Source: Pseudomonadota bacterium
Lineage (GTDB): Bacteria; Bdellovibrionota_F; JAHFAK01; JBDREC01
Direction: 5' to 3'
Length of the DNA: 64,000 nt
Assembly (NCBI GenBank): GCA_043820105.1
Contig: JBDREC010000076.1
Coordinates: 1 to 64,000 of the forward strand
Made by a program: the position numbers and the translations under genes. Under the pieces are notes generated by a model. The model did not search any database, was not told where the DNA came from, and saw nothing but the letters and a program-made list of their open reading frames with translations. Shown here piece by piece: positions 42,949 through 54,595 of this stretch (positions are counted from its first letter, which is position 1; each line of letters starts with the position of its first letter).

Positions 42949-43824
42949 CTATTCATTAGGCATCTTGTTCCCAAAATACAAAGTTGTATGTGGAAAAGGA
43001 ATTTCTATGCCTTCTTTATCAAATCTATTTTTAACTCTCCTTCTAAATTCTCTGGCCACTTCCCATTGAGTCATTTGCTCTGTTTTAAATTTGCATCTTA
43101 TTATAACAGCAGAATCAGCAAAATCATTAACACCCATTACTTCAAAAGGCTCAATGATTTTATCTTTAAATTTTTCATCGGTTTTCAACTCATCACCGAT
43201 TTCCTGCAACACAAGCATAACATGATCAACATCTTCTTTATAAGCAACTCCTATATCCAAAATTGATGAGGACCATTCCTTGGTCATGTTTGTGACCTGC
43301 TCAATAGATCCATTTGGAATTATATGAACATTACCATGGAGATCTCTTAAAATAGTTAATCTTAAGCTCATGCTTTGGACCTGACCACCCAGGTCACCGA
43401 TTTTCACAATATCTCCAACACTAAAATGATTTTCAAACAAGATAAAAAATCCGCTAATAATATCTTTAACAAGGCTCTGTGCTCCAAAACCAACTGCTAA
43501 ACCAACGACTCCGGCACCAGCCAGTATTGGTGCTATGTTTATTCCCATTTGCCCAAGCACAATTATTATTGCTAAAAAGATAAAGGTAACAGTAACAACA
43601 TTTGTAATTATTTTTGTTAAGGTAGTAATTCTTTTTTTTCGTTCAGCTTTTGCTTTTTCTGTTTTTTTAATAAGTAACTTTTCAATTTTTCTGGACAAAA
43701 GCTTAATTAAAAAAATTAAAACAAAGAAAAACAAAAATGCAAATATTGCCTTTATCCCATACTCAACAAGCCAGGTTACTAGCTTTTCGTAATTTAAAAG
43801 CTCCAGTATTTTTTGAAAGTTCAT
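42949..43824 (-). CDS. MscS-family mechanosensitive channel (YbiO-like core)
   Basis: LAGAGVVGLAVGFGAQSLVKD, HIIPNG, GIEIPFP. Confidence 0.9.
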   Translation of the reverse strand: MNFQKILELLNYEKLVTWLVEYGIKAIFAFLFFFVLIFLIKLLSRKIEKLLIKKTEKAKAERKKRITTLTKIITNVVTVTFIFLAIIIVLGQMGINIAPILAGAGVVGLAVGFGAQSLVKDIISGFFILFENHFSVGDIVKIGDLGGQVQSMSLRLTILRDLHGNVHIIPNGSIEQVTNMTKEWSSSILDIGVAYKEDVDHVMLVLQEIGDELKTDEKFKDKIIEPFEVMGVNDFADSAVIIRCKFKTEQMTQWEVAREFRRRVKNRFDKEGIEIPFPHTTLYFGNKMPNE

Positions 43825-43833
43825 TATATTCTC

Positions 43834-44904
43834 CTATAACCATTTTTTTTTCTTAAAATAACAAATCATGCCTGCAAAACATATTATCATGATTGTCCAG
43901 ACTCCAAAATATCCATATTTCCACTTAAGCTCAGGCATAAATTCAAAATTCATACCATAGATCCCAGCAATAAAAGTCAATGGTATAAAAATGGTTGCTA
44001 TAATAGTCAACACTTTCATGACCTGATTCATTTTATTAGAAACAGCTGACATATAAATATCAAAAATATTGGATAAAAGATCTCTAAAAGAATCAAGTGT
44101 ATCTAAAACTGAATTTGTATGATCATAAAGATCTCTCAGATAATGTTCAACATCAATAACAATAAAATCGAGCTCAGATTTATTAAAAGAATGAACAAGT
44201 TCACGAATAGGAGCGGATACTTTTCTTAAATATAAAACATCTCTTCGATATTTGTGAATTTGGCTAAGGTTTTTTTCAGAACATGAAGATGATATTTCTT
44301 CTTCTAAAAGTTCTAACTTGTCGCCGATTTTTTCAAGCACAAGAAAATAGTGATCAACAATAGAGTCCAGCAAAGCATAAGCAAGATAATTTGTTCCCAT
44401 TTTTCTTATCTTACCCTTGCTGTTTTTAATTCTGTTTCTTACATATCCAAAAACATCTTCTTTTTCTTCCTGAAAAGTAATAACAAATTGCTCCCCGCAA
44501 ATAATACTGAGCTGTTCTGATTTCAACTCTTCTGAGATTTTATCAAAACTAACAATTTTTAATACTGCATAAAAATAATTTTCATATTCTTCAAACTTTG
44601 CCCTTTGATTAGTGCTTAAAATATCTTCAAGAACAAGGTTATTTAAATTAAAAATTGATCCCAATTTTTCAATAAGTGGAACATCATGAATACCATTAAT
44701 ATTTATCCAGGAAACTGTTTTACTATTTTTATATTGTGCAATAGCTCCAATATCATCAATTTCAATTTCTTCATATTTTTCCTGATCGTAATCAACAAGT
44801 GTAAGAGAAACCCTAGGCTTTTCCTCTGTTTGCTTTCCAAAGTGGACCAGGCTACCTGGTGGTAGACCTATTTTTTTGGAAACACGTTTATATAGTTTTG
44901 GCAT
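43834..44904 (-). CDS. corA: Magnesium/cobalt transporter CorA
   Basis: GLPPGSL, PLTFIAGIYGMNF, MPEL. Confidence 0.94.
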   Translation of the reverse strand: MPKLYKRVSKKIGLPPGSLVHFGKQTEEKPRVSLTLVDYDQEKYEEIEIDDIGAIAQYKNSKTVSWININGIHDVPLIEKLGSIFNLNNLVLEDILSTNQRAKFEEYENYFYAVLKIVSFDKISEELKSEQLSIICGEQFVITFQEEKEDVFGYVRNRIKNSKGKIRKMGTNYLAYALLDSIVDHYFLVLEKIGDKLELLEEEISSSCSEKNLSQIHKYRRDVLYLRKVSAPIRELVHSFNKSELDFIVIDVEHYLRDLYDHTNSVLDTLDSFRDLLSNIFDIYMSAVSNKMNQVMKVLTIIATIFIPLTFIAGIYGMNFEFMPELKWKYGYFGVWTIMIICFAGMICYFKKKKWL

Positions 44905-44916
44905 AAAACCTCCTAA

Positions 44917-47130
44917 CTATTTTGAAACAAACATTTTGTAAAACTCGATATCTTCTGAGGCTAAAGTAATCATCGTAGGCGGGAAATATTTAGTCTTCTC
45001 AATTAAATTGTCATAATAGATGCTATATTCCTGATCAGTTTCTTCAGGGCCTGGTTCACGCATACCAATAAATACGAGTGAAGCACCAACTGTAGATTCT
45101 TGCATAAGATGAAATACATCTGTATCTTTTTTTATGATTACCTCTGAACTTCCTTCTATCCTGGCTGTTTCCAAAAACTCATTCAATCTTTTTTCAGCCT
45201 CTACAATTTCTTCTTCTGTATTTACTATTGTTTTTAAAACAAGTGGACAATCTTCCCATTCTGGATCTTGTTTTAGCAAATATGCGATCGCCAGCATTAA
45301 ACCAGCGTTTTGTTTTTGCAAACCCCACCATATTTCAATCCTGGTATTCTCCTTTTCTTCAATAGATTGAATATCACCCTTTCTGAATATTAAAAGATTT
45401 CTTTGTCGTTTATTAATTAATCGTATTAATTTGGCATATTCAAGAAAGTTTTCTTCTTTTTCAGTCTCACCCATAATAAATGTATTAGGCATCAGTGGTC
45501 CAAAGCCAAAGGTTTTAACAATTTCCTTTGCACCTTCAATATATGAATCTGCTAAATGAATACTAACAAGGGCTGAAATTCCCTTTTCCTTCAAATACTG
45601 CCTTACAGTATCTCTTCCTGTTTCTATTCTTTCCAAAGTCATCTCATTTTCAGGCAATATGGTAACAAGGGTTAAAAAGCCTTTGCCATGAGTAATATTA
45701 TCAGCCATTTCAATTAAATGCCACCGTGCGGTTGGAGATCCGGATAGAGCCAACATATTAGGTCTCCAGGTTCGCTTGTCTACCTGTTTATCAGCGAGTT
45801 TTGTAACTGCATATTGAGCAAGCAACATTAATATGCCTCGCTTTAAATCACCCCAATAAGATTTTATTCTTCTTCTTTTCATTAAGGAAAAAACTACTAA
45901 AGCAATCAATATTGCCATAAAAGTCGCCCCAGGATTAATCATGAACATTACAGCAAAACATGAAAATCCACCTATAAAAGATAAAATCCAGTGAACGCGA
46001 AACTTTGGCCTCCATGATGGAGAACCAATTAGATTTTCTAAAGATGCTGAAACATTAAGCAGTCCATAGGATGTCAGGAAAAACATTGATAAAACAGGAG
46101 CAATCAAGTTTAAATCACCCAAAACAATCCCTATTAAAGCAACAAAAAATGTAATGCCTGTAGCTATTCTTGGATCATTTCCCTGTCCATATCCTCGTCC
46201 AACTATTGCAGGTACTACTTTGTCTTTTGCAAGGGCCTGCATTGTCCTTGGAGCACCAAGCAGCGAGCCCATTGCACTTGATAAAGTTGCACCCCATACT
46301 CCCAGGAGAATCAACAGTGGCCACCTTGAAATGTCTTTCATTACAAAGGAATTAGTTAATAATAGATCCCTGTCTTTTACAATAATATATAAAAAAATCG
46401 GAATAGCTATGTAAACAAGATAACTTGACACAATCGCAGACAAAGTTCCGCGGGGAAGACTTTTAGATGGATCCTTTAAATCTCCACTCATAGAAAGTCC
46501 AGCCTCTATACCTGTGACCGCTGGAAAAAACACAGCAAAAACTACCCAAAAAGATTTTGTTTTTGGCACAATAGCCTCAGCTGAAACAGCAGGTATCTGC
46601 TCAAAACCAGCAAAAAAAGATATAAGAGCCAAAATAATAACAGCAAATATTATAAACTGAGATTTCAGAGCAAGACTTGCTGAAAAATATGCAAGGGCTG
46701 TTAATATTATGAGAGTAATTATTCCAATTAACCTTAATGGCAAAAAGGGAAAAACTGCATTTAAAGCTTCAGAAAAACCTGAAATATAAAAGGATATTCC
46801 TACTGCTTGTGCAAAGTATAAAGGAAGCCCAATGGCAGCACCTGCTTCAAGACCAAGGGATCTTGAAATTATAAAATAGGCGCCACCACCACCAACCTTC
46901 ATATTTGTAGCCATAGCTGAAATTGATAAACCAGTTAAAAAGGTAATTGAAGTGGCTAGGGTTACAATAATTAAAGTCTTAAAAAGACCCACATTTCCCA
47001 AAACCCAGCCAAAGCGCAAAAACATAATTACTCCAAGTATGGTCAAAATACTTGGAATAAAAACGCCTTTAATGGTTCCAAACTGATAGCCTCTGGTTTT
47101 CGTTTCAGAGACGTTTATAGGTGCTGTCAT
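44917..47130 (-). CDS. Cation-chloride cotransporter-like (SLC12/APC) permease
   Basis: FGTIKGVF, ILGVIMFLR, GGGAYFIISRSLG, FFPAVTGI, SGDLKDP, WRPN and cytoplasmic C-domain. Confidence 0.85.
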   Translation of the reverse strand: MTAPINVSETKTRGYQFGTIKGVFIPSILTILGVIMFLRFGWVLGNVGLFKTLIIVTLATSITFLTGLSISAMATNMKVGGGGAYFIISRSLGLEAGAAIGLPLYFAQAVGISFYISGFSEALNAVFPFLPLRLIGIITLIILTALAYFSASLALKSQFIIFAVIILALISFFAGFEQIPAVSAEAIVPKTKSFWVVFAVFFPAVTGIEAGLSMSGDLKDPSKSLPRGTLSAIVSSYLVYIAIPIFLYIIVKDRDLLLTNSFVMKDISRWPLLILLGVWGATLSSAMGSLLGAPRTMQALAKDKVVPAIVGRGYGQGNDPRIATGITFFVALIGIVLGDLNLIAPVLSMFFLTSYGLLNVSASLENLIGSPSWRPKFRVHWILSFIGGFSCFAVMFMINPGATFMAILIALVVFSLMKRRRIKSYWGDLKRGILMLLAQYAVTKLADKQVDKRTWRPNMLALSGSPTARWHLIEMADNITHGKGFLTLVTILPENEMTLERIETGRDTVRQYLKEKGISALVSIHLADSYIEGAKEIVKTFGFGPLMPNTFIMGETEKEENFLEYAKLIRLINKRQRNLLIFRKGDIQSIEEKENTRIEIWWGLQKQNAGLMLAIAYLLKQDPEWEDCPLVLKTIVNTEEEIVEAEKRLNEFLETARIEGSSEVIIKKDTDVFHLMQESTVGASLVFIGMREPGPEETDQEYSIYYDNLIEKTKYFPPTMITLASEDIEFYKMFVSK

Positions 47131-47146
47131 AATTTTCCGATTAAGT

Positions 47147-49723
47147 TTATTTAATAACAATTAGTTCACTTTCTGTATTATAGTCAACTGAAAGATTGGA
47201 TTTGTTTGATAAGTTATTACTAATAATCTCAATTGCCAGCTTATTCTCAATTTCCTTTTCAATGAGTCGTTTAAGTGGTCTTGCTCCATAGCTTGGATCA
47301 TAGCCTTTGTCTGAAAGATAATTAATGAGGTCTTGACCAAAGGATATGGTCAGATCTTGTTCACGTAATCTCAGAGCAAGCTTTGCAAGCTGAAAATTCA
47401 CAATTTCTTTAATATTATCTTTTGAAAGTTTGTCAAAAATTAATATATCATCAATTCTGTTTAGAAATTCAGGTTTAAAATTTGCTTCTACAATTTTCAT
47501 AACATCTTTTTTTATGTTAGATAAAGTTTCATGCATGTTTTCTTTTATAAGTTGAGATCCAATATTTGACGTCATAATTATAACAGTATTTTTGAAATTA
47601 ACTGTCCTACCCTTACCATCTGTTAAACGACCATCATCAAGAATTTGCAGAAACACATTAAAAACTTCATGGCTGGCTTTTTCAACTTCATCAATCAATA
47701 TCACAGAATATGGTTTGCGTCTTACTGCTTCAGTTAAATAACCACCTTCTTCATAGCCCACATATCCTGGAGGGGCGCCAATTAAGCGGGCAACTGAATG
47801 CTTTTCCATAAATTCAGACATATCAATTCTCACTAAAGCATTTTCATTATCAAACAAATTTTCAGCAAGGGCTTTAGCTAGCTCTGTTTTTCCTACACCA
47901 GTGGGCCCTAAAAATAAAAATGAGCCAATTGGACGGTTTGGATCACCAATTGAAGCCCTGGCCCGCCTTACAGCATTTGAAACAGATGCAATCGCATGAC
48001 TTTGGCCTATAACCCGCCTTGAAAGATTTTCTTCCATCTTTAAAAGCTTATCAGACTCTGCTTCAACCAAGCTGGATACCGGAATTTTTGTCCACTTAGA
48101 AACAATGCTTGCAATTTCGTGTTCATCAACCTCATCTTTTAAATATTTTGATATGCTTTGCACTTCTTCAAGCTTTTCAGATACTCCTTTTAATTTTTTT
48201 TCTAAATTAACAAGCTGACCGTATTTAATTTCTGCCGCTTTTTCAAGGTTTCCGCTTCTTTGGCAGCTTTCCATTTCCTGTTTTGAGCTTTCCATTTTTT
48301 CTTTAATGCCTGAAATATTATTAATAAGTTCCTTTTCATTTTGCCACTTCACTTTCATGGCATTTACTTTTTCTGTTTCTTCTTTTATTTCCTGATTTAT
48401 TTCATCCAATCTAATTTTAGCTTTTTTATCCTTTTCCTTTGAAATAGCTGCTTTTTCAATATTTAAATTCTGCAGTTTTCTGTCTATAAGATCAATTTCA
48501 TGGGGAACAGAATCAATTTCAATTTTTAATTTACTCGCTGCTTCATCAATTAAATCAATTGCCTTATCAGGCAAAAACCGGTCTGAAATATATCTATCAG
48601 AAAGCTTGCAGGCAGCCACAATGGCAGAATCCTTTATCTTAATACCATGATGAACTTCATATTTTTCCTTAAGGCCTCTCAATATGGCAATGCTATCATC
48701 TAAACCTGGTTCTTCTACCTCAATGGGCTGAAACCTTCTTTCAAGAGCAGCATCTTTTTCGATATATTTTCTGTATTCATCCAATGTTGTTGCTCCGATA
48801 CAATGCAACTCTCCACGAGCGAGCATTGGTTTAAGCATATTCGATGCATCCACCGCACCTTCGGCTGCCCCAGCGCCAACAATTGTATGCAATTCATCAA
48901 TAAACAAAATCACATTGCCATCTGCGTCTTTTATCTCTTTTAAAAGTGCCTTTAGTCTGTCTTCAAACTCACCTCTGAATTTAGCTCCAGCAAGCAAGGC
49001 TCCAATATCCAGGGAAACAATTCTTTTGTTTTTCAATGCCCCAGGAATATCATCTTGAACTATCCTCATTGCAATGCCTTCAACAATGGCTGTTTTTCCA
49101 ACTCCAGGATCACCAAGTAAAACCGGATTATTTTTTCTCCGCCTGGAAAGAACCTGTATGGTTCTTAGAATTTCCTCATCCCTTCCAATGACAGGATCAA
49201 GCTTTGACAATCGAGCCCTTTCACATAAATCAATAGCGTACTTATCAAGAGCCTGATATTTTTCTTCTGGATTTTGATCCTTTACCTGATGAGAACCTCT
49301 AATATCTATTAAGGTTTTAAAAACTTCTTCCTGCGACAAGCCCAGGTCCTTAAAAATATTATCACTAAATTCCAATAAAGCTAAAAACATATGTTCTGTT
49401 GAAACAAAAGAATCTTTTAATCGATCACGTGAGTTATTAGCAAATTCCAATACTTTCCCGCTTTTTCTGGATAAATGAATATTAGTTAATGAAGATGAGG
49501 CAGCGGATGGTAATTTGTCTAATTTATCAGACACCTTTTTTAATAATTCTAGCCTGCTAATCCCAAACTTTTCTAATATTTGAGAAACTATTCCATCTTT
49601 TTGTTCAACTAAAGCATATAGCAAATGATCAGGTTCAATCTCCGGATTCTTCCGATATTGTGCTATTTCATTAGCTTTAATTATAACTTCTTGCGCCTTT
49701 ATAGTTAACTTGTTAAAATCCAT
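47147..49723 (-). CDS. clpB: ATP-dependent chaperone ClpB
   Basis: Two AAA+ modules ([16 protein letters not shown]), long M domain, RIDMSEF. Confidence 0.95.
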   Translation of the reverse strand: MDFNKLTIKAQEVIIKANEIAQYRKNPEIEPDHLLYALVEQKDGIVSQILEKFGISRLELLKKVSDKLDKLPSAASSSLTNIHLSRKSGKVLEFANNSRDRLKDSFVSTEHMFLALLEFSDNIFKDLGLSQEEVFKTLIDIRGSHQVKDQNPEEKYQALDKYAIDLCERARLSKLDPVIGRDEEILRTIQVLSRRRKNNPVLLGDPGVGKTAIVEGIAMRIVQDDIPGALKNKRIVSLDIGALLAGAKFRGEFEDRLKALLKEIKDADGNVILFIDELHTIVGAGAAEGAVDASNMLKPMLARGELHCIGATTLDEYRKYIEKDAALERRFQPIEVEEPGLDDSIAILRGLKEKYEVHHGIKIKDSAIVAACKLSDRYISDRFLPDKAIDLIDEAASKLKIEIDSVPHEIDLIDRKLQNLNIEKAAISKEKDKKAKIRLDEINQEIKEETEKVNAMKVKWQNEKELINNISGIKEKMESSKQEMESCQRSGNLEKAAEIKYGQLVNLEKKLKGVSEKLEEVQSISKYLKDEVDEHEIASIVSKWTKIPVSSLVEAESDKLLKMEENLSRRVIGQSHAIASVSNAVRRARASIGDPNRPIGSFLFLGPTGVGKTELAKALAENLFDNENALVRIDMSEFMEKHSVARLIGAPPGYVGYEEGGYLTEAVRRKPYSVILIDEVEKASHEVFNVFLQILDDGRLTDGKGRTVNFKNTVIIMTSNIGSQLIKENMHETLSNIKKDVMKIVEANFKPEFLNRIDDILIFDKLSKDNIKEIVNFQLAKLALRLREQDLTISFGQDLINYLSDKGYDPSYGARPLKRLIEKEIENKLAIEIISNNLSNKSNLSVDYNTESELIVIK

Positions 49724-49801
49724 AGTCTTTCCTTTTTAGCTAAACATTGACATATATAATCTAAGTACATTATTGATTTTTTCAAGATGCTTTTGAATAT
49801 T

Positions 49802-51346
49802 TTATTTATCTTCACTAATATTTATTTGATTTTTACCCTCTTTTTTAGATTTATGAAGCATTTCGTCTGCTTTTTTTATAACCTGATTTAACTCACAACC
49901 CTGTTTATAAGCTGAGAGGCCAAAACTAAGTGTTAAATTTATTTCATTATTATGATAAGAGAAGCTATAGTTGGCAATGATTTCTCTTACTTTTTCCAAA
50001 ACTTTATAAGAGCTAGCAATATAAGTATCAGGAAGAGCGATTAAAAATTCCTCACCGCCCCACCTGGAAATCAAATCAATATTTCTGAAATTTTCTAAAA
50101 AAATATCAGCTATTTTCTTTAAAACATAATCACCAGCTTCATGACCATATTTTGTGTTAATGCCTTTGAAGTCATCAATATCTCCAAGAGCAATTGATAT
50201 AGTTTTTCCAGTTCTTGAGACCCTATTTATTTCATGCTTTAATTTATCCAAAAATGACCTTCTGTTTAAAAGTTTTGTTAGAGGGTCAGTATTGGCGAAT
50301 TCAAGAAGAGTCTGTTCATATTCATGCCCCTTTAATTTATAAAAAGTAATAATTAAAGATAAAACAAAGATGAAAAAAGTGATAAAATAAAAGGAATAAA
50401 ATAGTCTCTTGCTTTTTTGAAAAAATATTTCTTTAACTTTATTCCCTGGAATATAATAAATAAAATGCCAGTTATTTTGACTTGTAACAATATTGCTTAA
50501 ATTAATTTCAACAAAAGGATTAATTTTTTCGTTGATAAAAATGTCGTTGAAAAAGGTATCTGTAATTTCAATAATTTTAATTTTAGATTTAATTTCTTTT
50601 AAGTCATACACTTCCCTTGCATCATTATAAATAATTTTACTGTTTTCATTTAAAATTAATAGTCTCCCATGATAATCTTTTGTAATTCTAGCCAATTTCT
50701 TATAAGCTTGAATATCTTCATATAAAAGGTCTACATTAAATCTAAAAATTGTTGTTATATTCTCTTTTAGAACGGGATCCAAGGTAAATGTATAAAAATA
50801 TAACCATTTAACTTCATCAAAATGAATATTACTATCTTCTGCAAGATCTTCACTATAAAAAAAGACCTTATCAAAACAAAGCTCCTTATTAGAATTTTTA
50901 ATAAATTTGTTCAAAAAATCAAACTCAAGTTGTGCATTTGAAAAAACAGGGATTCCTTCTTTATAGTGAATAGACAATATTTCTTCATTGCTTGCAAACA
51001 GCTGAGAAATAAGATCAATATTAGTATTTTCTATTAAAAAGTGCGAAAAAGTATTCTTTAATATTTCATACCTCACCTTTGTATTTTTAATATTCTTCAT
51101 AAGAACATTTTGTTCTTTTACTAAATACCCAAGTTCAAAAACAGTTTTTTTAAATTTATTATTTATTAGAATTTGAATTGAGCCTTTTAGATTTTCTGTT
51201 CGAGACCTAATTAATTCAAGTTCTAAGCTACTCTTTTGATATATAGTATATGAAAAAAACAAAAGGCTTAGAAGCATAATTGGTAGAAATATTTTAAAAA
51301 ATACTATTATATTTTTAAAAAGTTTAACAATATATGATTTGTACAT
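49802..51346 (-). CDS. Membrane sensor diguanylate cyclase
   Basis: Two TM helices around a periplasmic domain; TDPLTKLLNRR, intact RWGGEEF. Confidence 0.88.
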   Translation of the reverse strand: MYKSYIVKLFKNIIVFFKIFLPIMLLSLLFFSYTIYQKSSLELELIRSRTENLKGSIQILINNKFKKTVFELGYLVKEQNVLMKNIKNTKVRYEILKNTFSHFLIENTNIDLISQLFASNEEILSIHYKEGIPVFSNAQLEFDFLNKFIKNSNKELCFDKVFFYSEDLAEDSNIHFDEVKWLYFYTFTLDPVLKENITTIFRFNVDLLYEDIQAYKKLARITKDYHGRLLILNENSKIIYNDAREVYDLKEIKSKIKIIEITDTFFNDIFINEKINPFVEINLSNIVTSQNNWHFIYYIPGNKVKEIFFQKSKRLFYSFYFITFFIFVLSLIITFYKLKGHEYEQTLLEFANTDPLTKLLNRRSFLDKLKHEINRVSRTGKTISIALGDIDDFKGINTKYGHEAGDYVLKKIADIFLENFRNIDLISRWGGEEFLIALPDTYIASSYKVLEKVREIIANYSFSYHNNEINLTLSFGLSAYKQGCELNQVIKKADEMLHKSKKEGKNQINISEDK

Positions 51347-51360
51347 TGTTACTATCCTGC

Positions 51361-52503
51361 TTAAAAATGTCGTCTAGAATCATTTTCCACCATTTTTTCC
51401 CACAACATTTGTCTTATGTCTTTTATTCTATTTTGGCTTCTTTCCTGCTCTTTAGTATTTCCAGCTTTTCTATAGACTTCTTCTAGTTTAATTAGTGCTG
51501 GCAAATATAATGGATTTTTTGTTAAGCATAATTGAAATTGGACAATTGCTTCATCGAAAAAACCTTCTTTTAATAATTCCATTGCTTGTTTGAAAATATC
51601 TGCAATATTGTTCAATTGTAATTCGAGTCTAAGTCTTAAAGCTTGCTCTGATTTCATCGCTATTATAGAACAGGGCAAAGTTCTTATTACTTTTTCAGCA
51701 ACAGATCCAATAATCATTGTTGGATCTAGAGTCTGCCCTAACAAACCCAAGATTAGCAAATCATGTTTGTTTTCTTTAATTTCCCTAACTATTTCAAATG
51801 AAGGCTTTCCAAAAATGAGTTTATTTTCTACATCAAGGTCTTCCAATATAATATTTGTTAAAAATTCATTTAATTTTGCTTTTGTTTCCTCTTTTATATT
51901 TTCTTTAGATTTAGTTATAAATTCATTTATATGGTCCCCCAGGTAGTCTAAAATATTTTTTTCAATAACAGTCAAAATAGTAAGTTTGGCTTTAAATTTT
52001 CTAGAAAGAAATATTCCACTTTTTAAAGCCCTTTTAGATGATTCTGATAAATCAACTGGTACGAGTATACTCTTAATTCCTTGATCATAATCATCTTTTA
52101 CTACCCACACTGGTTTATAGGCGTTTCTTACTAACTTTTCAGCTGTTAAACCAAGATTAAGAAAACTTTTTGTATCATGATTCCCTGAGCCGACAATTAT
52201 AATATCGATATCATTAATATCTGCTTCGTGACATATATGAAAAATTATTTTTCCTTCTTTAATAATGATATTATTAAAATTAACACCATTTGCTTCAATT
52301 ATATCCCTAATATTTGTTAGCTTATCAAAAGCAACTTCAGATACTTTGTTTTTATCATACCTGTTTCCATCTAATTTTGGCAAAACATGTATCAAATAAA
52401 TCTCTGAATCAAATTTCTTAGCTAGAGCAATAGCATGCTTCATAGCAATTGTTGAAGATTCTGAAAAATCTGTAGCTAGTAATATTTTACTTAACACTTT
52501 CAT
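51361..52503 (-). CDS. Tandem universal stress protein with C-terminal TPR
   Basis: ILLATDFS and ILVPVDLS; IGSVAEKV; TPR-like tail. Confidence 0.88.
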   Translation of the reverse strand: MKVLSKILLATDFSESSTIAMKHAIALAKKFDSEIYLIHVLPKLDGNRYDKNKVSEVAFDKLTNIRDIIEANGVNFNNIIIKEGKIIFHICHEADINDIDIIIVGSGNHDTKSFLNLGLTAEKLVRNAYKPVWVVKDDYDQGIKSILVPVDLSESSKRALKSGIFLSRKFKAKLTILTVIEKNILDYLGDHINEFITKSKENIKEETKAKLNEFLTNIILEDLDVENKLIFGKPSFEIVREIKENKHDLLILGLLGQTLDPTMIIGSVAEKVIRTLPCSIIAMKSEQALRLRLELQLNNIADIFKQAMELLKEGFFDEAIVQFQLCLTKNPLYLPALIKLEEVYRKAGNTKEQERSQNRIKDIRQMLWEKMVENDSRRHF

Positions 52504-52561
52504 TTTTTTATCCTTTTAACATAAGAAATTATTTAATTTGCAGTAAGACATTTTATCGTGT

Positions 52562-52577
52562 TGCGAAAACTGTGCCA
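52562..52577 (-). promoter_or_regulatory. Possible sigma54 promoter for the usp gene
   Basis: TGGCAC-AGTTT-TCGCA on the minus strand. Confidence 0.45.
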
Positions 52578-52775
52578 AAATAAAAACATCAACAGTTTGT
52601 TTTTATAAGATCTTAATTTTGTTTAATTTATTTTATCTTTAATATACCAGAAGTCATTAAAATAACTTTGTCAATTGCGTTTAATATTCATTTTTTGTAA
52701 AATAAGAAATTTGACTTCTTAATTTTAAAATTATATTGTAAATTCATTATTGAAATTATATGGTTACTAAAATCC

Positions 52776-54194
52776 ATGAAAGAAATCCTCTGTGCAATCA
52801 AAGATGAAGAAGCTAAAAAACAAATAGCTGATATTTTAAAAGATACTTATCACATTGATTTTGCTACAAATAAAGAAACAAGTGTTAATAAATTTAAAAA
52901 GAAAAAATATGATCTGCTTTTCATAGATATTGAATTTTTAACTGCAACAATTGAACGCCCAATAAAAGAATATTATATAGATGAAATTCAGGAATTTTTT
53001 AATATAATCCCTGCAATTGGAATAATTGTTTTTGCTTCTCAAAGCAATACAAGAAAAGCTGTATATGCTGTCAGAGGTGGGGCAAGTGATTATATTAATT
53101 ATCCGATAGAAAAAGGTGAGCTTAAACTTGTAGTTGATAGTATACTTGAAACCCATAGAAGAGACGAAGAACTTGACTATTTAAGAGACCAATTCTGGCA
53201 AAATGAACAATCAAGCATTATTAAAACTAAAAGTCCAAAAGTAAAAGAAGTTTTGTCGAAACTGACAGCTGTAGCTCCAACTATTTCAACTGTTTTATTA
53301 ACCGGTGAAACAGGTACTGGTAAAGGAGAAATGGCAAAACTCATTCATAAACACAGCAACCGAAAAGATGGACCTTTTATAGCTATTCATTGTGGAGCCA
53401 TTCCTGATACTTTATTGGAAAGTGAGCTCTTTGGACATGAAAAAGGAGCTTTTACAGGAGCACAAGAAAAAAAAATTGGAAAATTTGAGATTGCAAAAGG
53501 TGGAACAATTTTCCTTGATGAAATTGGAACCATCTCTTACCAGGCTCAAATAAAGTTATTACAAGTGCTGCAAGATAAAATTTTCACAAGAATTGGTGGA
53601 ACAGGTGAGATTAAAACTGATGTTAGAATTATAACAGCCACAAATATTGACCTTAAAAAACTAAGTGAAAATGGTAAATTTAGAACAGATTTATATTATA
53701 GAATTAATATTTTTCCATTGGAAATACCTCCGTTAAGGCTAAGAAAAGAAGATATTCCTTCACTAATAAGCTGCTTTTTAGAAAGACTTAATTCGCGGAG
53801 TGCAAAAACCATTAAAAAATATCATCCTCAGGTTTTAGAAGCTTGTGTTGACTATTCCTGGCCAGGAAATATAAGAGAACTGGAAAACATGATTGAAAGA
53901 TCTTATATTTTGGAAAATTCAGATACCTTAAGACCTGAAAATCTACCAATAGAACTTTTTCCATCTCATAATTTAAAAACAGAAACTAAGTTAAACACCC
54001 AAATACCATTAAATATGCTTAGAGAAAAAGCCACAGATGATATTGAAAAACAATATATCAAGGAAATATTAGATGAAACAAAAGGTAAAATTGCTCTAGC
54101 ATCTCAAAAGGCACAACTCACAACAAGACAATTTTATAATTTAATGCAAAAACACCAAATTAACAAAGAAGAGTTCAAATTCAAGAAATTATAA
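52776..54194 (+). CDS. Sigma54-dependent enhancer-binding response regulator (NtrC/AtoC family)
   Basis: Receiver; [36 protein letters not shown]; Fis-like HTH. Confidence 0.92.
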   Translation: MKEILCAIKDEEAKKQIADILKDTYHIDFATNKETSVNKFKKKKYDLLFIDIEFLTATIERPIKEYYIDEIQEFFNIIPAIGIIVFASQSNTRKAVYAVRGGASDYINYPIEKGELKLVVDSILETHRRDEELDYLRDQFWQNEQSSIIKTKSPKVKEVLSKLTAVAPTISTVLLTGETGTGKGEMAKLIHKHSNRKDGPFIAIHCGAIPDTLLESELFGHEKGAFTGAQEKKIGKFEIAKGGTIFLDEIGTISYQAQIKLLQVLQDKIFTRIGGTGEIKTDVRIITATNIDLKKLSENGKFRTDLYYRINIFPLEIPPLRLRKEDIPSLISCFLERLNSRSAKTIKKYHPQVLEACVDYSWPGNIRELENMIERSYILENSDTLRPENLPIELFPSHNLKTETKLNTQIPLNMLREKATDDIEKQYIKEILDETKGKIALASQKAQLTTRQFYNLMQKHQINKEEFKFKKL

Positions 54195-54283
54195 TTCCTA
54201 AATTTTAATTAAACATTGAGAAATCACATTTCTGTTTTACCTATACCCTGAAATTTTTGCCAATAAAAACCAACCATTATCTT

Positions 54284-54299
54284 TGGCACATATCTTGCT
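54284..54299 (+). promoter_or_regulatory. Sigma54 promoter
   Basis: Consensus TGGCAC-N5-TTGCT directly downstream of the enhancer-binding protein gene. Confidence 0.75.
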
Positions 54300-54434
54300 G
54301 TTAATAATATTAGTTGTTGCAAGGTTTAAGTGAAATCCCTCCCCGGTCTTGCAGCCTTAATTTTGTGAAAGCACTTTTTTAAAAAGTGTTACACTAAATT
54401 TTGCAACAACTGCATAAATTAAGGAGTTAATAAT

Positions 54435-54584
54435 ATGCATCCACTAGTAAAAATTTTTTCGCTTTATTTGTTATTTATATTTTTAATTGCATCTTCAATA
54501 ATAACTTTTACTAATTGTAAAACAACAAATGATAAAAGTGATAATTGGCTTAACCCTAAAATGCAAAATTACATGCATAAATAA
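54435..54584 (+). CDS. Small 49-aa membrane protein or lipoprotein
   Basis: RBS AAGGAG; MHPLVKIFSLYLLFIFLIASSIITFTNCKTT..., hydrophobic helix then Cys. Confidence 0.55.
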   Translation: MHPLVKIFSLYLLFIFLIASSIITFTNCKTTNDKSDNWLNPKMQNYMHK

Positions 54585-54595
54585 ATTAGGAAATT

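Noticed and set aside
49724-49800. Heat-shock operator (CIRCE/HAIR/sigma32) upstream of clpB
   Set aside because: Only a partial CTTGAA match; no complete consensus
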